This document shows, in pieces, positions 18,471 through 29,376 of a stretch of 64,000 nt of DNA (position 1 is the first letter of the stretch; every line of letters begins with the position of its first letter). The notes under the pieces were generated by a model. That model searched no databases, had not been told where the DNA came from, and was given only the letters and a program-made list of their open reading frames with translations. The stretch is from an uncultured delta proteobacterium (lineage in GTDB: Bacteria; Desulfobacterota; Binatia; DP-6). The position numbers and the translations under genes were made by a program. Where the stretch lies: assembly GCA_963815115.1 (NCBI GenBank), contig CAWFFN010000007.1:736001-800000 (forward strand), in the 5' to 3' direction.

Positions 18471-20003
18471 ATGCTCCTTCCCATCCTGGCGATCGCCGGC
18501 GGCGCCGGGCTGTACGCCCTGGCGCTGCCGCGCTTCGACCTCTGGCCGTGCGCCTGGCTCGCCCTCGTCCCGCTGATCCTGGTGGTGCGGGGACGAGCCG
18601 CCGGCGGGGCGGCCGCTTACGGCGCCCTCGCCGGCTACGTCTCCGCATGGGCGGCAACCTGGTGGCTGGCGAAGGCGGTGGCCGGGTACTTCCAGGCCGG
18701 CATCGTCGTCGGGGCGCTCGCCATGAGCGCCGCCTATGCGGTCGCCGTCTCCAGCGCCTTCGTCCTGTTCGCCCTCGGCGCCCGCGTGCTCGCCGACCGC
18801 GGCGGCCCGTTCGCGCTCGCGGCCCTGTGGACGGCGTGCGAGCTGGTCCGCGCACGCGTCTTCGGGCAACCCTGGGGTCTCCTCGGCTACACCCAGCACG
18901 GTGAGCCGGCGCTGATCCAGGTCGCGGCCCTGGCCGGCGTCTATGGAGTGTCCTTCGTGGTCGCGCTCGGGAACGCGGCGATCGCCGAGGCGCTGTGGCG
19001 CTGGCGTAGCGGTACACCGCCGAGCCGCGCCGCCGCCGCACTCGTCGCGCCGGGGGCAGCGATCGCGGCGGTGTGGCTCGGCGGTGCGCTCGTGCTCCCT
19101 CCCGCCGGCGCCGCCGGCCCGGACCTCCCGCGCGTGGCCGTCGTGCAGAGCAACGTCCAGCCCGCCTTCCACTGGACGCGAGGTCACGCCGAGCAGCAGC
19201 TCCTCGCCAACCTCCGCCTCACCGAGCGGCTCGCGGACGAGCATCCGAGCCTGGTGGTCTGGCCCGAGAACGCCGTGACGGTCTACCTCGAGCAGGAGCC
19301 GTACATCGCCGATCAGCTCCGCCGGGTCGCTGCCCGCCTGGGCTTCGACCTCCTGGTCGGTGGCCCGCGTTTCGCGGATGGCCACACCTACAACAGCGCC
19401 CGGCTGATCCATGCCGACGGCAGCCCCGGCGAGGCCTACGACAAGCAGCGCCTGGTCACCTTCGCGGAGGCCCCGCCCTTCGAGCAGTCGGCGGACACCG
19501 AACGGAGCGAGAGCCCGCGCGCGTTCAGTGCCGGGACGCTGCCGGGCGTGCTCCGCAGCTTCGCACCGCTCGCCGTGTCGATCTGCCACGAGCTGCTCTA
19601 CCCCGACGTCATCAACCCCGCCGTGGTCGAGGGCGGCGCGCTGCTGGTGAACCTCGCCAACGACGGCTGGCTGGACGGTGGCTTCGGCGTCGGTGGCAGC
19701 CAGCACTTCGCGATGGGCGTGCTGCGCGCCGTCGAGACGCGCCGCTACCTCGTGCGCGCATCGACCACCGGAGTGTCCGCGGTCGTCGACGCCTGGGGAC
19801 GGCTGCTCGCCAGCCAGCCACCGGGCGGCGTCGGGGTGGCGGTCGCGGGCGTCGCGCCGCGACACGACCTCACGCCCTACGTCCGGTTCGGTGACGTCTT
19901 CGCCGTCGCCTGCGCCCTGGCCGTCCTGGTCGCCCTCGGCCGCGAGCGCGTGCCGGCACCGCGCCGGCGCCGCCTCGCCCTGGCCGCGGCGGCAGACGCC
20001 TGA
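18471..20003 (+). CDS. lnt: Apolipoprotein N-acyltransferase
   Basis: N-terminal TMs, PWGLLGYTQ, WPEN / YDKQRLV / ICHE triad motifs, NDGW, RAVETRR. Confidence 0.9.
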   Translation: MLLPILAIAGGAGLYALALPRFDLWPCAWLALVPLILVVRGRAAGGAAAYGALAGYVSAWAATWWLAKAVAGYFQAGIVVGALAMSAAYAVAVSSAFVLFALGARVLADRGGPFALAALWTACELVRARVFGQPWGLLGYTQHGEPALIQVAALAGVYGVSFVVALGNAAIAEALWRWRSGTPPSRAAAALVAPGAAIAAVWLGGALVLPPAGAAGPDLPRVAVVQSNVQPAFHWTRGHAEQQLLANLRLTERLADEHPSLVVWPENAVTVYLEQEPYIADQLRRVAARLGFDLLVGGPRFADGHTYNSARLIHADGSPGEAYDKQRLVTFAEAPPFEQSADTERSESPRAFSAGTLPGVLRSFAPLAVSICHELLYPDVINPAVVEGGALLVNLANDGWLDGGFGVGGSQHFAMGVLRAVETRRYLVRASTTGVSAVVDAWGRLLASQPPGGVGVAVAGVAPRHDLTPYVRFGDVFAVACALAVLVALGRERVPAPRRRRLALAAAADA

Positions 20004-20060
20004 CCCGCACGCCGCGCGCCTTGCGCCCACGCCGGGCTTCGCGTATCGACCGCCGCGGCG

Positions 20061-21707
20061 ATGACAGCGGAGGCGGGAGGCCGCGCGCAGCTCGCGCGGC
20101 GCGCCGGGGTGGTGAGCGCGGCGGTGCTGGCGAGCCGCGTCCTCGGGCTGGTGCGCGAGCAGGTGTTCGCGACCTTCTTCGGGGCCGGGAAGGAACTCGA
20201 CGCCTTCATCACCGCCTTTCGCATTCCCAATCTGCTGCGCGATCTCTTCGCCGAAGGTGCGCTGTCCGCTGCCTTCGTCACCACCTTCACCCTCGAGCTC
20301 GAGCGCAAGGGCGAGGCCGCCGCCTGGCGGCTCGCAAGCCTCGTCGTCAACGCCCTGGCGGTCGTCGTCGGCGGGCTCTGCATCCTCGGCATCTATTTCG
20401 CGCCGGCGATCACGCGGGCCATCGCGCCCGGCTTCGCGGACATTCCCGGGAAGATCGACCTCACGGTGCACCTGACCCGCATCATGTTTCCCTTCCTGTT
20501 GCTCGTGGCGCTGGCGGCCGTCGCCATGGGCGTGCTCAACACGCGCAACCGCTTCGGGGTACCCGCCGCCGCCTCGGCCTTCTTCAACCTCGGCTCGGTG
20601 ATCGGCGGGCTCGCCTGCGTCGCGTGGCTCGTCCCCGGCTATCTCGGCGGCATCGTGGCGAGCATGCGCGGCGTCGCCGTCCCGCCTCCGGACCCGACGC
20701 TCACCGCGCGCGCCATCGGGGGCATGGCCATCGGCACGCTCGTCGGGGGCCTCCTGCAGCTCCTCGTGCAGGTGCCCTCGCTGTGGCGCGTCGGCTACCG
20801 CTACCAGCCGGTGCTGGCGCCGCGGGATCCGGCGCTACGCCAGGTCCTGCGCCTCATGGCACCGGCCACGATCGGCGCCGCCGCGGTGCAGGTGAACGTG
20901 TTCGTCAACAACAACTTCGCCTCCTTCCTCGGGAACGGACCGGTCTCGTGGCTCAACGTCGCCTTTCGTCTGATGCAGCTGCCGATCGGGCTCTTCGGGG
21001 TGGCCATCGGCACCGTCACCCTGCCCCTGGTCTCGCGCCATGCCGCTCGCGGCGACGCGGAGGCGATGCGCAGCGCGCTGCGCCAGGCGCTCGAGATGGT
21101 GGCGCTGCTCTGCATCCCCGCCGCCGCCGGCCTCGCCTGGTTCGGCGTGCCGGTGATCGGTCTCATCTACGAGCACGGCCGCTTCACCGCCGCCGACACG
21201 GTTGCGGCAGCGCACGCGCTCGCCGGGTATGCCATCGGGCTGGCCGGCTATGCCGGCATCAAGGTCGTCGCGCCCGCTTTCTACGCCCTCGACGATGTCC
21301 GCACGCCGATGCGCGTCAGCCTGCTCTCGATCGTCGTCAACTTCGCCCTCAACTGGCTCTTCGTGCGCGTGCTGGGCTTCGGGGCGCTCGGCCTCGCCCT
21401 CTCGACCTCCGCCGTCGCGCTCGCCAACTGCGCCATCCTGCTGATCATGCTGCGGCGCCGCCTCGGCCCGCTCGGCGGCGGGCTCGGTGGTGCGATCGTG
21501 CGCATCGGGATCGCCACCGTGCTCATGCTGGCCGCGGCGACCGCCGTGGACGCGACGCTCGCGGGCTGGCTCCCGCCGCGCCCGTTTTTCCACCACGGGC
21601 TCCGGGTCGCGATCGTACTCCCCGTGGCCGTGGTGGCGTTCTGGGCGGCGTGCCACGCGCTCGGGATCGCGGTGCCGACGCTCCGCCGGCGGCGCCGGGC
21701 GGGGTGA
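20061..21707 (+). CDS. murJ: Lipid II flippase MurJ
   Basis: SRVLGLVRE, AFRIPNLLRDLFAEGALSAAFV, RLMQLPIGLFG, FYALDDVRTP. Confidence 0.95.
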   Translation: MTAEAGGRAQLARRAGVVSAAVLASRVLGLVREQVFATFFGAGKELDAFITAFRIPNLLRDLFAEGALSAAFVTTFTLELERKGEAAAWRLASLVVNALAVVVGGLCILGIYFAPAITRAIAPGFADIPGKIDLTVHLTRIMFPFLLLVALAAVAMGVLNTRNRFGVPAAASAFFNLGSVIGGLACVAWLVPGYLGGIVASMRGVAVPPPDPTLTARAIGGMAIGTLVGGLLQLLVQVPSLWRVGYRYQPVLAPRDPALRQVLRLMAPATIGAAAVQVNVFVNNNFASFLGNGPVSWLNVAFRLMQLPIGLFGVAIGTVTLPLVSRHAARGDAEAMRSALRQALEMVALLCIPAAAGLAWFGVPVIGLIYEHGRFTAADTVAAAHALAGYAIGLAGYAGIKVVAPAFYALDDVRTPMRVSLLSIVVNFALNWLFVRVLGFGALGLALSTSAVALANCAILLIMLRRRLGPLGGGLGGAIVRIGIATVLMLAAATAVDATLAGWLPPRPFFHHGLRVAIVLPVAVVAFWAACHALGIAVPTLRRRRRAG

Positions 21708-22425
21708 ATCCGGCGGCCCGATGGAGGGCACGCAGCTCGGCGGGCGTCACGTCGCGCCACGCCCCGATTTCGAGATCGCCCAGGGCGACCGGCCCGAGCC
21801 GCACCCGCACCAGCTTGTCGACCGGCAGCCCCAGCGCGGCGCACAGACGGCGCACGACGTGCTTGCGACCCTCCCGTAGCCCGATCTCCAGCCAGGTCTT
21901 GTGGGGCAGCTTGCGCAGCCGGCGCACCCGGCTCGGGATCACCACGCCTTCCTCGAGCCGGACGCCGCGCCGCAGGCGCCCGAGCACCCGCCCGTCCGGC
22001 GTGCCGTGGACCTTCACCTGGTAGACCCGCTCCACGCCGCGACGCGGATGCATCAGCCCGTGTGCGAGCGCACCGTCGTTGGTGAGCAGCAGCAGGCCGC
22101 TGCTCTGGAGATCCAGCCGACCGACCGGATACAGCCGCTCGCCCAGCGTCGCGAGAAGCTCGCGCACCGTCTCGCGGCCCTCCGGATCCGCGAGCGTGCT
22201 CACCACGCCGCGCGGCTTGTGGAGCACGATGGTCCGGCGCGCCGAGGGCCGCGCCAGCTCCTCGCCGTCGACGGCGATCGCATCGCGCTCGCGGTCGGCG
22301 CGCGTACCCAGCGCGCGCACCACCGTGCCGTTCACGCTGACGCGGCCAGCGAGAATCAGCGACTCGGCCTGGCGGCGCGAGGCCACGCCGAGGGCGCTCA
22401 GGATCTTCTGCAGGCGCTCGCTCAG
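21523..22425 (-). CDS. rluB: 23S rRNA pseudouridine synthase, RluB/RsuA family
   Basis: [18 protein letters not shown]4 motif, [13 protein letters not shown] catalytic motif, EGRKHVVRR. Apparent start is CTG at 22425; alternative GTG at 22386. Confidence 0.88.
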   Translation of the reverse strand: MSERLQKILSALGVASRRQAESLILAGRVSVNGTVVRALGTRADRERDAIAVDGEELARPSARRTIVLHKPRGVVSTLADPEGRETVRELLATLGERLYPVGRLDLQSSGLLLLTNDGALAHGLMHPRRGVERVYQVKVHGTPDGRVLGRLRRGVRLEEGVVIPSRVRRLRKLPHKTWLEIGLREGRKHVVRRLCAALGLPVDKLVRVRLGPVALGDLEIGAWRDVTPAELRALHRAAGFTPPGAAGGASAPRSRARGTPPRTPPRPRGVRSRPGARGGKTGAAGASPRASRPRRSPRPA

Positions 22426-23143
22426 CCGCCGCTTCCGTCGTCGCAGGCGGACGGCGCCGGGGTGCCGTCACCGGGCTCGGTCGCGGCATCGGCGCGGGCC
22501 GCCAGCGCGTCCGCGCCCTCACCGACCTCCGCCAGGGGAGGAAGCGCCTGCAGGTCCGGAAGCCCGAAGACCTCGAGGAAGTCCTTGGTGGTGGCATAGA
22601 GCAGCGGGCGTCCCGGCGCGTCCTTCCGGCCGAGGATGCGGACCAGACGGCGCTCGAGCAGGGTGGAGAGGACGGCGTCGGCATCGACGCCCCGGATGGC
22701 TTCGATCTCGGGCCGGGTGCAGGGCTGCCGATAGGCCACGATGGCGAGCGTCTCGAGCATAGGCCGCGAGAGCCGCGGCGGCCGCCCCCGAGGAGCCGCC
22801 GCACCCAGTGCCCGTGCTCCGGAGCCGAGCGCAGCTGGTAGCCGCCGGCGACGTAGACCAGGCGCAGCCCCCGTCCCTCACGCTCGTAGGATTCGCCCAG
22901 TGCGCGCAGCGCCGCCGTCACCTCGCGCCGCTCGGGGCCATCGAGGGCCTCCACGAGGCGGACCAGGGGAACCGGAGCCCCGGAAGCGAGCAGCATGCTC
23001 TCGACGATGGCTGCCAGCCTGCCCACCGTTTCGGGCTCGGAGCCGGGGGACTCCGGCTCGGGCGCGGACTCGTCGATCAGGGCCCCGCGCCGCCCGTTTC
23101 CGTTCACGTGCTCCTCAAGATTGATCGCCAGGTCTGCTTCCAT
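22422..23143 (-). CDS. scpB: SMC-Scp subunit ScpB (1-nt frameshift near 22785, likely assembly error)
   Basis: VAGGYQLRS in one frame, [12 protein letters not shown]...GRPLLYATT in another; one more G in the GGGGG run restores [17 protein letters not shown]. Confidence 0.88.
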
Positions 23144-23938
23144 CCGACTCCTCCTCACCTCTTCCCGCGCCGACCTGCCCCATCTCGCGCGCCCGGGCCT
23201 GCGCCTCCGCCAGATCGGCGACGGCCAGGTGGAGCTGGATGGGTCCGAACCGCTCGTGCTGCACGGCCCGTATCACCTTAAGCCGGATCAGCTCGAGGAG
23301 CGCAAGGAAGGTCACGATGACCTCCCCGCGGCCGCTCTCCGGCGAGAACACGTCTGCGAACTCGACCCCGGACCCGAGGGCAAAGCGCGCCAGGATGCGC
23401 TCGATGCACTCGGCCACCGACAGGCCGGGCGCCAGGATGGCGTGGGCCGGCGGCGGGCGCAGGCGGGACAGCACATCTCGCAGCGCGTCGAGCAGATCGG
23501 CCAGGCTGGCGTCGCGCACCCGGGGGCCCGGGTCGCCTGCGTCCCCGCCCGGCTCGGGCTCGCCCTGCGCCGCGAACACGTCGCGATCGAGCAGGCGGCG
23601 CGACCCCAGGTCGGCCGCCGCCTCACGGTAGCGCTGGTACTCGAGGAGCTGCTGGACCAGCTCCGCACGCGGATCTCCTCGCCCTCACCCTCCTCGTCCG
23701 GATCCGGCGGCAGGAGCATCCGGCTCTTGATGTAGGTGAGCGTCGCCGCCATCACGAGGTACTCGCCCGCCCCGTCCAGGTTGAGCTCGGGCAGGTCCTC
23801 CAGCACCGCCAGGTACTGGTCGGTGATGGTGGCGATCGGGATGTCGGTGATCTGCACCTCGTTCTTCTTGATGAGGTGCAGGAGGAGATCGAGCGGACCC
23901 TCGAAGACCTCGAGCTTGACGGTGCAGGGGACGCTCAT
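23115..23938 (-). CDS. scpA: Segregation/condensation protein ScpA (1-nt frameshift near 23675)
   Basis: [19 protein letters not shown], then after the shift [16 protein letters not shown] and [11 protein letters not shown]. Confidence 0.88.
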
Positions 23939-24918
23939 GGCAGGCCCAGGACGTCGCGCACCGCCGCCATCGTCTCGGACGCCACGGCCCGCGCGCGGGC
24001 GTTGCCGGCGTCGAGCGCGGCCCGCGCATCCGCCGCCGTGAGCCCGGCGCGGCGCTCGCGGATCGGCGCGAGCTCGGCGAGCACGTGCGCGATGGTGACC
24101 TTCTTGCACTCGAGGCAGCCGATGCCGGCGGTCCGACAGCCCTCCTCCTGCCAGCGCAGCTCCTCCGGCGTGCAGTAGGTGCGATGGAACGAGAGATAGG
24201 CCGGACAGTCCTCCGGCACCCCGGGATCGCTGCGCCGGGCGCGGCGCGGATCCGTCACCATGCGCGACAGCTTGCGGTCGACGTCTTCCGGCGGGTCGCT
24301 CAGGTAGATGGCGTTGTCGTAGCTCTTGCTCATCTTGCGGCCGTCGGTGCCGACGATCTTGGGCGTCTCGGTGAGCAGGGTCTGCGGCTCGGGGAACAGC
24401 GGGCGATAGGTCGAGTTGAAGCGGCGGGCGATCTCGCGCGCCAGCTCGATGTGTGGCGCCTGGTCGACGCCCACCGGCACCGCCGTCGCCTTGTACATGA
24501 GGACGTCGGCCGCCTGCAGGACGGGGTAGGCGAGGAAGCCGAGGGTGGACAGATCGCGATCGGTGAGCTCGGCGCGTTGCTCCTTGTAGGTCGGATTGCG
24601 CTCGAGCCATGGCACCGGGGTGACCATGCCGAGGATCAGGAACAGCTCGGCATGCTCCTTCACGGCCGACTGCTGGAAGATCGTGCAGCGCGCCGGGTCG
24701 AGCCCGATGGCGAGCCAGTCGAGCACCATCTCGAGGCTCGCCTCGTCGATGCCCTGGGGGTCCTCCCACGAGGTGGTGAGGGCGTGCCAGTCGGCGACGA
24801 AGAAGAAGCACTCGTGCTCCTGCTGCAGCCGCACCCAGTTCTTGAACGCGCCGTGCCAGTTGCCGAGATGCAGCCGCCCGGTCGGCCGCGCTCCGCTGAC
24901 GATGACCTGGCGCGCCAC
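23935..24918 (-). CDS. trpS: Tryptophanyl-tRNA synthetase
   Basis: [33 protein letters not shown]. Confidence 0.96.
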   Translation of the reverse strand: MARQVIVSGARPTGRLHLGNWHGAFKNWVRLQQEHECFFFVADWHALTTSWEDPQGIDEASLEMVLDWLAIGLDPARCTIFQQSAVKEHAELFLILGMVTPVPWLERNPTYKEQRAELTDRDLSTLGFLAYPVLQAADVLMYKATAVPVGVDQAPHIELAREIARRFNSTYRPLFPEPQTLLTETPKIVGTDGRKMSKSYDNAIYLSDPPEDVDRKLSRMVTDPRRARRSDPGVPEDCPAYLSFHRTYCTPEELRWQEEGCRTAGIGCLECKKVTIAHVLAELAPIRERRAGLTAADARAALDAGNARARAVASETMAAVRDVLGLP

Positions 24919-24926
24919 CCGGCTCC

Positions 24927-25595
24927 CTACCCCGCCACCTGGCGCGCGAGCCGCTCGCACACCGCGATGACGGGGCTCACGAGGGTCGACAGGATGCCCG
25001 TGTTCATCACCACGAGGACCACGACGAGCAGGCCCACCCGCTCGACCTGGTGCAGCAGCCGGACGCCCTCGGCGGGAAGCAGGGCGGCCAGCACGCGACC
25101 GCCATCGAGGGGCGGCACCGGCAGCAGGTTGAAGACCGCGAGCACGCAGTTGATGACCACGGACTGGGCGGCGAGCGCTCGCAGGAACGCGTGCATCGCC
25201 CCGCCGTCTCCCGCACGCGCCAGCCAGCCGTAGGCCACGGCGCTGAGGGTCGCCAGCACGAGGTTCGTCCCCGGGCCGGCCAGCGCGACCAGCATCCAGT
25301 CCAGCCGCCGGCGCCGGAACCAGCGCGGGTCGATGGGCACCGGCTTGGCCCAGCCGAAGAAGAAGGGGCGCGTGCCGAGCGCCAGGGACGTGATCAGCAG
25401 GAAGCCGGGCAGGAGCACCGTCCCCACCGGATCGACGTGACGCAGCGGGTTGAGCGTGAGCCGTCCCGCGCGCGCGGCGGTCGGGTCGCCGCACGCATAC
25501 GCCACCACTCCATGTGCCACCTCGTGGAACACCACCGCCACCAGGAGCGGAACCGCCACGACCGCAACCCGGGCGAGCATGGCGCTCGGCTCCAT
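24927..25595 (-). CDS. Site-2 protease (M50) family protein
   Basis: [24 protein letters not shown]. Confidence 0.93.
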   Translation of the reverse strand: MEPSAMLARVAVVAVPLLVAVVFHEVAHGVVAYACGDPTAARAGRLTLNPLRHVDPVGTVLLPGFLLITSLALGTRPFFFGWAKPVPIDPRWFRRRRLDWMLVALAGPGTNLVLATLSAVAYGWLARAGDGGAMHAFLRALAAQSVVINCVLAVFNLLPVPPLDGGRVLAALLPAEGVRLLHQVERVGLLVVVLVVMNTGILSTLVSPVIAVCERLARQVAG

Positions 25596-25645
25596 CCGGG
25601 CGGCAGTCTATCCGGCGGGCCCCGGGCGGCGCAAGGAAGCCGGCA

Positions 25646-26563
25646 TCAGGCTCGGGGATGATGGCGGCGGTGGACGGCGCGCAGCCGTTCCGGTGCGACG
25701 TGGGTGTAGATCTGGGTCGTGCCGATGTCGGCGTGGCCGAGGAGCGCCTGCACCACGCGCAGGTCGGCCCCGCCGCCGAGCAGGTGGGTGGCGAAGGTGT
25801 GCCGCAGGGTGTGCGGGGACACGCCGCTCGCCACCGCCGCCGCACGCGCCCGCGTGCGCACCAGCTTCCAGAGCGCCTGCCGGGACAGGGATCGGCCCCC
25901 GGCACGCACGAAGAGGTGCGGTGCGCTTCGACCCCGCAGCAATCGCGGCCTCTCGCCGGTCATGTACTCGAGAATGGCCTCCCGGGCGTGCTGGCCGAGG
26001 GGGACCACCCGCTCCTTGTTCCCCTTGCCCAGGACCGTCACGAAGCCGGCCTCGAGGTTGAGGGCGTGCACCGGCAGCGCCGCCACCTCGGACACCCGCA
26101 GGCCGCAGGCGTAGAACAGCTCGAGCAGCGCGCGATCACGCTGCGGCCGCCGGCCGCCCGGGACGGTCACGGTGACGAGGCGCGCGACCTCGCCATGAGC
26201 GAGGGAGCGCGGCAGCCGGCCGGGAGGGCGGCGCAGGTGGACGTGCGCCGTGGGATCCTCGGCGAGGCGATGCTCGCGCGCCACCCAGCGGAGATAGCTC
26301 CGCACCGCCGCCAGGGCGCGGGCCTGGCTGCGCGGCGCGAGGCCAGCGCCCGCGAGGACGACCAGGTGGGCGCGCACGTCCTCGCCGCGGATCGCCGTCG
26401 GGCTGCGCACGCGGCGGGCGGCGAGGCCGCGGGCGAACGTGCCGAGGTCGCGGCCGTAGGCCTCGACCGAACGCCTGGCCAGGCCGCGCTCGGTGGCGAG
26501 ATGATCGAGGTAGCTGTCGATGCTCCGATCGATCGCGCTCGAGCCGTCCCGCCGCCCCGCCAC
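25646..26563 (-). CDS. xerD: Site-specific tyrosine recombinase XerD
   Basis: GLRVSE, GKGNKERVVP, SPHTLRHTFATHLL, LGHADIGTTQIYTH, HPRA end; conserved position next to S2P-trpS-scpAB. Confidence 0.9.
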   Translation of the reverse strand: MAGRRDGSSAIDRSIDSYLDHLATERGLARRSVEAYGRDLGTFARGLAARRVRSPTAIRGEDVRAHLVVLAGAGLAPRSQARALAAVRSYLRWVAREHRLAEDPTAHVHLRRPPGRLPRSLAHGEVARLVTVTVPGGRRPQRDRALLELFYACGLRVSEVAALPVHALNLEAGFVTVLGKGNKERVVPLGQHAREAILEYMTGERPRLLRGRSAPHLFVRAGGRSLSRQALWKLVRTRARAAAVASGVSPHTLRHTFATHLLGGGADLRVVQALLGHADIGTTQIYTHVAPERLRAVHRRHHPRA

Positions 26564-26589
26564 TGCGCTTGCGCCCCCGCGCGCCGGCG

Positions 26590-29376
26590 CTAGGCGCCGC
26601 TCGCGGCCCGGGCGGGCTCGCCCGCTGCCGCCGCCCGCTGCGGCGCGAGCTCCCGCACCAGCGCCTCGCGGATCGACGCGATCCGCTCCGGCTCGGTCAC
26701 CTTCCGGCCCTCGGGATCCGTCACGTAGAACACGTCCAGGACCTCGTTCACCATGGTGGTGATCTTGGCCAGGTGGATCTGGAGCCAGAGATGGTAGAGG
26801 CAGTTGGTGATGGTGAAGAGCAGGCCGACGCGGTCGGCGGCGTAGACGTCGAGCACCGTGTAGTCGGCGGACACGTCGTTGTACACCTCGACCCGTGTCG
26901 GGACGGGTCGGCGGCGCTTGCTGAGCAGCGACGGCCGGGCGCTGCGACGCACCAGCTCCTCGACGTCGAGCGTTCCCGCGAGGACACCGCGCAGCGTCCG
27001 CTCGACCCGCTCCCAGCGCTCCCGGTCGATGCTCTCGTCGGCCCCCTCGTGCGAGACCCGGAAGGCGTCCAGTGCCACGCCGTCGCGACTGGTGTTGATG
27101 CGCGCCGCCAGGATGTTCATGCCATTTGCGGCGAGCACGCCCGACAGCATGGCGAACAGCCCGGGCCGGTCGCGCGTACACACCGCGAACTCCGTGAAGT
27201 CGCGCTCCGGAAACGCCGTCACCTTCGTCGCCACCGCGGGATGCTCCGCCAGCACCTCGGCCTGCGCGAAGCGCCGCCGCAGCTCGCCGTGGCCCGGCAT
27301 CATCTCCTCGGGCGTGGAGAGGAAGTAGCTGTCGGGCATCTGGCCGACGAGCACCTGCATGGCATCCTGCTGCGCCGTCGGTGCCGCGGCCAGCACGCGC
27401 CGGCGCACCCGCCCGGCGCGCGCGGCCCGATCCTCGGGCTCGAACACGCCCTTCTCGAAGAACTCGAAGGCCCGCCGGTAGAGCTCGGTGACCAGCGTCC
27501 CGCGCCAGTTGTTCCACACGCCGGGCGCCACGGCGCGCATGTCCGCGTAGGTGAGGACGTAGAGCCGCTGCAGGTTCTCGACGCTGCCCACCGTGCGGCA
27601 GAACTCGACCACGAGCTGGTCGTCGCCGATGTCGCGCTGCTGCGCCAGGTGGGACAGCAGCAGGTGGTGCTGGACGAGGAACACGCAGGCCGCGCGCTCG
27701 TCCTCGTTCAGACCGAGCCGCTGGGCGATCTCGAGCATCATCCGGGCGCCGCGGCCGGAGTGGTCGTGGCCGTGCCCTTTGCCGACGTCGTGGAACATCA
27801 TGCCGAGGAACAGCAGCTCGGGCTGGGGCAGCTCGCGCACGACGTCCGTCAGCTGCGGCACCGTGTCGGCGAACTCCCCTTCGCGCAGCAGCTCGAGCTC
27901 GTGCACGCCGACCAGCGAGTGGTGGTCCACGGTGTAGATGTGGAACGGGTCGTGCGCGATGAGGCACTCGAGATGCGCGAACTCCGGGAAGAGCGTGGTG
28001 AGCACGCCGAGCTTGTGCATCTCCTGCAGCGTCTCGGCGATGTGGCCGCGCGCCCGCAGGATGCGCAGGAAGGCCCCCGCCACGGCCGGCGTGGCCCGCG
28101 CCGCCGCCAGGAGCTCGAGGCTGGTGCGCAGCAGTTCGCGGGTGGCGGGTGACAGGCTGGTCCCGTGGCGCTGGGCCTCGGCGAAGACCTCCAGCATCGC
28201 CGCCGGCTCGCGCTCGAAGACCTCGCGCCCGGTCACCGACAGCACCGTGCCCTGGATGCGCATGCCGTCACGGATCGCGCGCACGGGAGGCGCCGTGTAG
28301 CGGACGGGCTCCGTCACCTGCACGCAGCGCGCGATGATCGTCTCGCCCTGGCGCTGCACCGTGGTCGCATCGGTGTAGTAACGGCGCATGAAGCGCTCGA
28401 CGCCCCTGCGTCCCGCGCCGAAGCCGAGCTCGGGAGCGAGCCGGTCCTGGAGCTCGAAGGTCAGGTGGTCCTGGTGCCCCCCGGTGGCGAGATGCATCGC
28501 GTTGCGCACGCGCCAGAGAAAGTCGAGGGCCTGATCGAGCGCCGCGACGTCGGCGTCGCCGAGCACGCCGAGCGCCACCAGGTCACGCAGCGCGTTCACC
28601 TTGAACTTCACCTTCGCCATCCAGAGCGCGGTGTGCAGGTCGCGCAGGCCCCCCATGCCTTCCTTCAGATGGGGCTGGAGCAGGTACACGCTGTCGCCCA
28701 TCCGGCTGTGCCGTTCCTCGCTCTCCTTGAGCTTCTCGCGGAAGAAGGCCGTCTGGTTGGGGGACCACACCTCCTCGACCACCCGCGCCTCGAAATCCTC
28801 GTACGGCGAGCGGTCGCCGCACAGGTAGCGCCCATCGAGGAGCGCCGTCTTGACCTTCAGGTCGCGCGCGGCGAGCCGGCAGCACTCGCGCACGTTGCGC
28901 ATCGCGGCTCCCACCTGCAGCCCCGCATCCCAGAGCGCCGGCACGACGATCTCGGCCACGGTCTCGACGTAGGGGTTGGCCTTCCAGGGGTAGAGGAAGA
29001 GGAGGTCGATGTCGGAGTGGATGTTGAGCTCACCGCGGCCGTACCCGCCCTGGGCAACCACCGTGCAGCGCTGGTTCAGGCGCGGGTTCTTCGACTGGTA
29101 GTGCAGGGTCGCGTCGGTGAAGAGTCGCTCGACCAGCCGGTCGATCGCCTCGGTATAGGCGGCGACGATCGCGCGTCCTCCGGCCCCGCCCTCGTGCCGC
29201 GCGCGCACCTCGTCGCGCACCCGGGCGAGAAACTCGCGCGCGCGGCTCCCCGCCCGTGCCGCGTTCCCGCTCACCGGGGGCAGGACGTCGAGACTCTGCA
29301 GCGGCTCGAAGCTCGGGGGCGTCGCGAGGAGCATGGACCGACGGGCAGCTATAGGAGACGGCCCGGCCGCAATCAA
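26590..29376 (-). CDS. glnD: [Protein-PII] uridylyltransferase (alternative start ATG 29334)
   Basis: GGYGRGEL..SDIDLL, KEGMGGLRD, HIYTVDHH, HDVGKG, two C-terminal ACT domains (DRPGLF, DRVGLL). Confidence 0.95.
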   Translation of the reverse strand: MIAAGPSPIAARRSMLLATPPSFEPLQSLDVLPPVSGNAARAGSRAREFLARVRDEVRARHEGGAGGRAIVAAYTEAIDRLVERLFTDATLHYQSKNPRLNQRCTVVAQGGYGRGELNIHSDIDLLFLYPWKANPYVETVAEIVVPALWDAGLQVGAAMRNVRECCRLAARDLKVKTALLDGRYLCGDRSPYEDFEARVVEEVWSPNQTAFFREKLKESEERHSRMGDSVYLLQPHLKEGMGGLRDLHTALWMAKVKFKVNALRDLVALGVLGDADVAALDQALDFLWRVRNAMHLATGGHQDHLTFELQDRLAPELGFGAGRRGVERFMRRYYTDATTVQRQGETIIARCVQVTEPVRYTAPPVRAIRDGMRIQGTVLSVTGREVFEREPAAMLEVFAEAQRHGTSLSPATRELLRTSLELLAAARATPAVAGAFLRILRARGHIAETLQEMHKLGVLTTLFPEFAHLECLIAHDPFHIYTVDHHSLVGVHELELLREGEFADTVPQLTDVVRELPQPELLFLGMMFHDVGKGHGHDHSGRGARMMLEIAQRLGLNEDERAACVFLVQHHLLLSHLAQQRDIGDDQLVVEFCRTVGSVENLQRLYVLTYADMRAVAPGVWNNWRGTLVTELYRRAFEFFEKGVFEPEDRAARAGRVRRRVLAAAPTAQQDAMQVLVGQMPDSYFLSTPEEMMPGHGELRRRFAQAEVLAEHPAVATKVTAFPERDFTEFAVCTRDRPGLFAMLSGVLAANGMNILAARINTSRDGVALDAFRVSHEGADESIDRERWERVERTLRGVLAGTLDVEELVRRSARPSLLSKRRRPVPTRVEVYNDVSADYTVLDVYAADRVGLLFTITNCLYHLWLQIHLAKITTMVNEVLDVFYVTDPEGRKVTEPERIASIREALVRELAPQRAAAAGEPARAASGA

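Noticed and set aside
25646-26563. Tyrosine recombinase as a prophage or island integrase
   Set aside because: Sequence and context (glnD-xerD-S2P-trpS-scpAB) fit housekeeping XerD.
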